Assembly: GCA_964603885.1 (NCBI GenBank)
Contig: CAZRWM010000002.1
Span: forward strand, 1 to 62,749
Direction: 5' to 3'
Length of the DNA: 62,749 nt
Origin: an uncultured bacterium
GTDB taxonomy: Bacteria > Muiribacteriota > UBA6191
Shown here in pieces: positions 58,201 to 62,749 of the stretch (the stretch's first letter is position 1; each line of letters starts with the position of its first letter). The notes under the pieces are model-generated. The model was given only the letters and a program-made list of their open reading frames with translations, searched no databases and was not told the DNA's origin. The position numbers were made by a program, and so were the translations under genes.

Positions 58201-59809
58201 ATCTACCGTCTTTTAGTTTGGAATTGATAAAAATCACAGGAATTATACTCATAATTATCAATAGGAGACCCATTGGAGCAGCAAGTTCAACCATTTCATC
58301 GTTAGCATATTCATATACTTTAATTGCGAGAGTGTTTATATCAAAAGGACGTAATAAAAGAGTGGCTGGTAGTTCTTTTAAGGTTTCAATAAATACTAAA
58401 ATAAAACTAATTAATAAGCTATTGCGTAAAAGAGGTAAGTGAAGTTTCATAAGGCGAGAAATTGCATTAAAACCTAGAAGGCTCGCTATTTCGTCCATTT
58501 CTTGTGTTATTTGATTTAGACCACTATTGATCGTCTTAAATCCAATAGTACTGAATCTCAAACTGCAGCCCCAAAGTATACCGAAAATAGTGCCAGTAAG
58601 GATCAGCTCTCCTGTAAAAAAAATATTTTGTAGAGTAATCAAAACCAATAAAACCGCTACTGCAATTACAGTACCGGGAATCGCGTAGCCGCAGTTTGAT
58701 AAAGTTATAAAGAGATTAATGAACATGCTACTGGATCTACGCAATGAATAAGCTGTGAAGGTTCCGATAGCAACTACTAAAAAACCAGTTAAGGTAGAAA
58801 TAATAAAACTCATGTATACGATTTCTAGTGTATCTGATCGCGTAAATTGACTTAAATTTGGAATACTCCAAAAGGCTAACATTCCAAGAGGCAATAAAAA
58901 GCCAATAAATATGGCACAAAAACAATGAATATAAATATAAGTCGTCATTGATTTTTTTAATGGCCAATTCTTGGTATGTATTTTTGAATTCAGAGTTGAG
59001 AATTGCTTTTGTCCCCTAGATACTTTTTCTATCCATAAAATAGTTAATACAAAAGTTAATAAAATGACTGCTATACGTCCGGCGGCTATTGGGTCATAGA
59101 AGCTATTCCAAGCCCGGTATATTCCTGTCGTGAAAACAGGAATTCCAAAAAGTGAGGCTACCCCAAAATCTGCTAATGTTTCCATTATTATAAGGGCTAA
59201 ACCCGCAATTAATGCTGGTCGACAGAGGGGCAGTATTAGTTTAAATAAAATTTGTTTTCGACTTAGACCCAATAAAATTCCGGAATCTATAATTTGAGGA
59301 GATAGTGACATGAAAGCCGTTCTAGCTAGCATGTACAAATACGGATAAATTGTGAAAGCCAAAATTAGTGACATACCTCCTATTGACCGTATTTGAGGGA
59401 ACCAGTAGGAGCCGTATTGCATTTGAAAAACATCTCTTAACCAATATTGGACGGGACCAGCTCCTTCAAGCAATGTCCCATAGACAATAGCAGCTAAGTA
59501 AGGAGGAACCGCTAGTGGTAAAACTAAGGCCCATTCTAGAGTTTTTTTTCCATGAAATTCATAAAAGGTGATCCACCATGCAGCTGGAACAGCAATTACA
59601 AAGCTAATAATCGCAGTGAGTATCGTTATAACGAAGGAATTCGTCAGATATTCTGATATCAGGCCGTGTTTCAAAAAATAGTGAAAATATTGAGACTCAC
59701 CAAAAAACAAGGTACTTATTAGTAAGAAGATGGGTGCAGCAAAGATTAGCAGAAGTACAGACCAACCAATGCGGCTCATATTTCTATAAATTACTTCCAA
59801 CCAGCCCAA
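58184..59809 (-). CDS. fbpB: Fe3+ ABC importer permease (duplicated MetI-like domains)
   Basis: 541 aa with about 12 TM segments and two EAA-like loops. It overlaps both neighbouring genes. Confidence 0.8.
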   Translation of the reverse strand: MGWLEVIYRNMSRIGWSVLLLIFAAPIFLLISTLFFGESQYFHYFLKHGLISEYLTNSFVITILTAIISFVIAVPAAWWITFYEFHGKKTLEWALVLPLAVPPYLAAIVYGTLLEGAGPVQYWLRDVFQMQYGSYWFPQIRSIGGMSLILAFTIYPYLYMLARTAFMSLSPQIIDSGILLGLSRKQILFKLILPLCRPALIAGLALIIMETLADFGVASLFGIPVFTTGIYRAWNSFYDPIAAGRIAVILLTFVLTILWIEKVSRGQKQFSTLNSKIHTKNWPLKKSMTTYIYIHCFCAIFIGFLLPLGMLAFWSIPNLSQFTRSDTLEIVYMSFIISTLTGFLVVAIGTFTAYSLRRSSSMFINLFITLSNCGYAIPGTVIAVAVLLVLITLQNIFFTGELILTGTIFGILWGCSLRFSTIGFKTINSGLNQITQEMDEIASLLGFNAISRLMKLHLPLLRNSLLISFILVFIETLKELPATLLLRPFDINTLAIKVYEYANDEMVELAAPMGLLLIIMSIIPVIFINSKLKDGRFDARN

Positions 59810-60798
59810 TCCATAATTTCAATAGCTTTAGATTGTAGGGCACCAATTGTTTCAAGTGAGGTGTCATCTCTCTGAAAATCTCCCCAAGTTTCCAATAAAT
59901 TAGCGGGTTTAACTCGGGGATTAACTGGATATTCTAAATTAAGCTTGGTAAATAGCTTTTGAGCAGGTTCACTCGAAAGAAATTCCAGTAACTTAATGCC
60001 ATTTTTACGATTTTTAGCAAATGTAGCAAGACCACCACCACGAATATTAACATGTACTCCTGGTTTATCACTTGGGAAAATAATCATTGCCTTGCTATTT
60101 ACATTTTGGTCATAAGTAGGTCGTTGTTTGTCTACCATAACTCCGTAATAATAACTATTAGCGATCGCTACTTTGCCTTCTCCACTTGCGACTGCTCTAA
60201 TTTGATCGCGATCTCCACCTTGAGGCTTGCGAGCCATATTTTTAACGATTCCTTTTGCCCAACGACGAGCTCTTTTCCATCCATAATGGTGCAGAATATA
60301 GGCCATTAAGGATTGGTTATATACATTACTAGACGATCTTACGAGTAGGTTGTTAGCGAAAGATTTATTTGCAATTGAAAGGTAGGTAATGGGAGATTCT
60401 GGTAAATATTTCGTATTAAAAAATAATACTCTAGCTCTCATTGTAAAACCAAACCAATCGTCAGCGGGACCTCGTAAATGCTTGGGAATATTTTTTCTTA
60501 AAATAGGCGATTGAACCGGCTGCAATAAACCTTTCTTTTTCGCCTGGTAAATATTCCCAATATCTGTAGTAAGCAGTACGTCTGCTGGGCTGAATTTTCC
60601 TTCCCTTTCTAGTCGGGTCACTAAGCCAGCAGCTTTACCAGTAATCATACGAACTTTAATTCCAGTTTCTAAGGTAAATTCATCAAGTATGGGTTGAATC
60701 AGATGAGCTTTTTGAGCTGAATATAAGTTAACGACCTCTGCTGCCCACAGGCTAGTACAAAAAATTAGTATTGAAATTGAACTGAGTATGTATTTCAT
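59791..60798 (-). CDS. fbpA: Fe3+ ABC importer periplasmic substrate-binding protein
   Basis: 335 aa with a signal peptide. VVNLYSAQ...GIKV... and NSYYYG correspond to the Tyr-Tyr iron ligand region of FbpA/AfuA/SfuA-type proteins. Confidence 0.8.
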   Translation of the reverse strand: MKYILSSISILIFCTSLWAAEVVNLYSAQKAHLIQPILDEFTLETGIKVRMITGKAAGLVTRLEREGKFSPADVLLTTDIGNIYQAKKKGLLQPVQSPILRKNIPKHLRGPADDWFGFTMRARVLFFNTKYLPESPITYLSIANKSFANNLLVRSSSNVYNQSLMAYILHHYGWKRARRWAKGIVKNMARKPQGGDRDQIRAVASGEGKVAIANSYYYGVMVDKQRPTYDQNVNSKAMIIFPSDKPGVHVNIRGGGLATFAKNRKNGIKLLEFLSSEPAQKLFTKLNLEYPVNPRVKPANLLETWGDFQRDDTSLETIGALQSKAIEIMDWAGWK

Positions 60799-60854
60799 TA
60801 TAGACCTTCTTTATTTGATTCTCAGTGTAAGCCAATAGGTCTAACTCAGCAATA

Positions 60855-60873
60855 AATAATGAAAATGAATGTC
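60855..60873. promoter_or_regulatory. Candidate Fur box upstream of the fbp operon
   Basis: AATAATGAAAATGAATGTC matches 14 of 19 positions of GATAATGATAATCATTATC. It overlaps a TTGACA hexamer on the minus strand (60875..60870), 57-75 nt upstream of the fbpA start. Confidence 0.4.
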
Positions 60874-60895
60874 AATTTCTATATTAATGTTTCGG

Positions 60896-61408
60896 TCAGG
60901 AATACTTTAATTGATATTCACCTTTTTGTAACTTGTCCAAGTAACTTTCGGGTAGATATTTATCCGGAGTAAGTTGATAAAGATGAGTAGCCGAATAGAC
61001 CATTGTATCCGTACTGAATCCCAGAGCACCGCAGAATTTATTAGCCTGATCCTCAAATGTTCTCAAAGTAAGCAATTTGAAGTGCTGACGAGATTCTTTG
61101 ATGATGTGTTCTACCAATTTTCTCCCTAAGCCTTTTTTACGGTAAGTTGGTAATACATACAGGTGACGTAATCGACCCACATTTTTATCTTCCAGATACG
61201 GATCTTTATTTACTCCACAAATGGCAACTAATTGTTCATCGCGCAAATAGGCATAAACTCCTTCGCCTAGTGCCTCGAATCGATTATCACCGCTAATGTA
61301 TTGGGCTTTCATACGTTTAAGAAAAGTGTGACCTTCCCTTGAGCTACTGCTCACGAGTTCATTTAATTGACTCCATTGCAGTTGTTGTAACTTTAATATG
61401 CTATCCAT
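60896..61408 (-). CDS. GNAT-family N-acetyltransferase
   Basis: 170 aa. Acetyl-CoA motif LYVLPTYRKKGLGRKLVEHI. Confidence 0.85.
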   Translation of the reverse strand: MDSILKLQQLQWSQLNELVSSSSREGHTFLKRMKAQYISGDNRFEALGEGVYAYLRDEQLVAICGVNKDPYLEDKNVGRLRHLYVLPTYRKKGLGRKLVEHIIKESRQHFKLLTLRTFEDQANKFCGALGFSTDTMVYSATHLYQLTPDKYLPESYLDKLQKGEYQLKYS

Positions 61409-61555
61409 GGGTTCCCCAGTGGTATTAATGTTTGACTGACAGTTTTAATCATATACTTTTTGTACATTTTATGATCATCTGTCTACCCCTAATCTAGTAA
61501 TTTGTTAGCATATTGCCGATATATTTTAAAAATCACATCTAAATTGGAATTTGTC

Positions 61556-62248
61556 ATGGCTGAATTAGTAGAAAATAGTTTGCAGTTTAATGAACGTGAG
61601 GAAATGGGCAAAATGCTTGGCGGGTTGTCCGGAGACCTCCAAGTTATTATGAATTTGTTCGAAGTGTTGACACGCTCTCCGGATGTGATTACACCCGATA
61701 TTTTGGACAAGGCGAAAGAAAAGATTCAAGGTATCTTGACGAAAGTCCAGGTGGCGGAAAAACAAGTATATGAGGGCCCTGAATCTTCACTGCCGAAGCT
61801 TCAGAAAGGCGAAGCCGGGAGTGTGAATCCAGTTGTACTACTGGACGGCGTCCTTGCTGAATTTGAAAATCAATTAAATACTTCAATGGCACTGAGTCCG
61901 GATCAAATTTCCACTCTCACAATTCCTGATAGCGAGTTCAAACTGGCATTAAGAACGTTATTTGATAGTGCGGTAGAGACACAGAGTGGCATACATCAAA
62001 AAACTTGCGAAGTATCTATAGGGACGTCGGGTAGTTACATGATTCTTAAATTCAAGGACTTCGGTCGAAGCATCCCAGAAGAAGAGCTAGATGGAGTATT
62101 CGAGGCCAGTTCTAACAAGTCTGGCAGTCAAGGCTACCCATTTTTCAGGCTCAAGAAAATGATAGAGAGAGCAGGCGGTGAAGTAGAAGTTGATTCTGGC
62201 CGTGCAAAATTCACCACATTCACACTTAAAATACCGTATACCGACTAG
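61556..62248 (+). CDS. Orphan histidine-kinase-like ATPase-fold protein with degenerate motifs
   Basis: The C-terminus resembles HATPase_c (ILKFKDFGRSIPEEELDGVFE...GSQGYPFFRLKKMIERAGGEVEVDS...TFTLKIP). There is no conserved H-box histidine or N-box Asn. I prefer the ATG at 61556 over the TTG at 61502. Confidence 0.5.
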   Translation: MAELVENSLQFNEREEMGKMLGGLSGDLQVIMNLFEVLTRSPDVITPDILDKAKEKIQGILTKVQVAEKQVYEGPESSLPKLQKGEAGSVNPVVLLDGVLAEFENQLNTSMALSPDQISTLTIPDSEFKLALRTLFDSAVETQSGIHQKTCEVSIGTSGSYMILKFKDFGRSIPEEELDGVFEASSNKSGSQGYPFFRLKKMIERAGGEVEVDSGRAKFTTFTLKIPYTD

Positions 62249-62749
62249 GGAAGGTTTTTGGCGATAGTGTGATCTAAGATCATATTTCGTTTAGGCTGCA
62301 ACCAACGTTGATTTGATAAAAATTTAACGGGGTAAGTTTTATTATTTGGGTGCCAAATATCATTTTCACTTTGAATTTGGAGATGGATGTGGGGTACGGT
62401 ACTGTTTCCAGAGTTGCCACATAGTCCCAAAAAATCTCCCGTTTTAACAGCCTGCCCGACTGAAACCTTGATGCTTTCTTTCTTGAAATGGGCTAGAACG
62501 GCAAATCTTCTATCTCGAGTTTTCAGTATAACGAAATTTCCTTCAGGAGATCTAACGTTGGTAGTGCCTACCGAGTTGTCTCTTATTATATTACGTATTT
62601 TGTTGACCGTGCCGTCTATTGGAGCGTATACCGCCGTATTGAAACACGGAAAGTCAGTTAAGGTGGTCATTTGACTTTGAGCCATTGATTCATTAGGAAC
62701 TAAATCAACAGCATACGATTGACCATTTACAGTGTAATGGTGATTATAA
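62245..62749 (-). CDS. M23 (LytM-type) metallopeptidase, C-terminal part (frame open to the right edge)
   Basis: Motif GLCGNSGNSTVPHIHLQIQ. The frame stays open upstream of the ORF-track ATG (…YNHHYTVNGQSYAVDLVPNESMAQ…), giving the HxxxD-type motif (H...YAVDL). The gene therefore probably starts outside the window. Confidence 0.8.
   Translation of the reverse strand, partial: YNHHYTVNGQSYAVDLVPNESMAQSQMTTLTDFPCFNTAVYAPIDGTVNKIRNIIRDNSVGTTNVRSPEGNFVILKTRDRRFAVLAHFKKESIKVSVGQAVKTGDFLGLCGNSGNSTVPHIHLQIQSENDIWHPNNKTYPVKFLSNQRWLQPKRNMILDHTIAKNLP

Noticed and set aside
61515-61522. GCCGATAT (a sigma28/FliA -10-like octamer) 34 nt upstream of the HATPase-like gene
   Set aside because: No TAAA -35 element lies at the required ~15-nt spacing (the sequence there is AGTA/GTAA). 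A single octamer is insufficient evidence.
1-62749. Search for CRISPR arrays, IS elements, integrases, phage genes, tRNA/rRNA genes and classical defence genes (restriction-modification, Cas, toxin-antitoxin, CBASS/retron-like)
   Set aside because: I saw no direct-repeat/spacer arrays, no transposase or recombinase motifs and no tRNA-like cloverleaf candidates in the few gaps. Every long ORF is accounted for by housekeeping, envelope or signalling functions.

Overview
This is an AT-rich bacterial chromosome segment (roughly one-third G+C by eye) of Gram-negative type, and it contains the replication origin. The left end is all on the minus strand: gyrB (5' end) <- RemA/DUF370-like gene <- dnaA <- oriC <- parB <- parA <- unknown secreted protein <- two tandem full-length mnmG paralogues. 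oriC carries 5 perfect TTATTCACA boxes, at least 6 near-matches in the same orientation, and a 38-nt pure A/T stretch. A perfect 16-bp parS palindrome lies at 10578-10593.

The rest of the window is tightly packed with about 55 CDS. I recognise no rRNA or tRNA genes, no CRISPR array, and no transposase, integrase or phage genes.
- Housekeeping: mutY, argS, tcdA, tatD-like, bioY, acs, RidA-like, DEAD-box helicase.
- Envelope: prepilin peptidase, a 1151-aa matrixin-like metzincin ending in a dockerin next to a cohesin-like lipoprotein, a second secreted HExxH protein, an OMP, an RND pump with adaptor, a Fe3+ ABC importer, and an ABC-2 cluster with a His-rich protein.
- Signalling: two tandem SpoIIE/PP2C membrane phosphatases (one looks catalytically dead) and a degenerate HATPase-like protein.
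- Motility: an orphan ~582-aa flagellin.

I do not see a canonical defence island or mobile element. The most promising candidates for undescribed biology are:
1. The three-gene operon of secreted protein, dockerin-metzincin and cohesin-lipoprotein.
2. The translationally coupled mnmG tandem.
3. The macrodomain-DUF1232 fusion divergent from acs.
4. The four-gene membrane operon (glycine-zipper/coiled-coil protein, NTT-like transporter, GT-C-like protein, thioesterase).
5. The duplicated ABC-2 permease and His-rich protein cluster.
6. The pseudo-phosphatase/phosphatase pair upstream of the flagellin.

All domain calls come from motif recognition by eye on the supplied translations. No database search was run, so start codons and family assignments are provisional. 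The taxon is only a guess: a flagellated, AT-rich proteobacterium-like or Bdellovibrionota/Oligoflexia-like organism.
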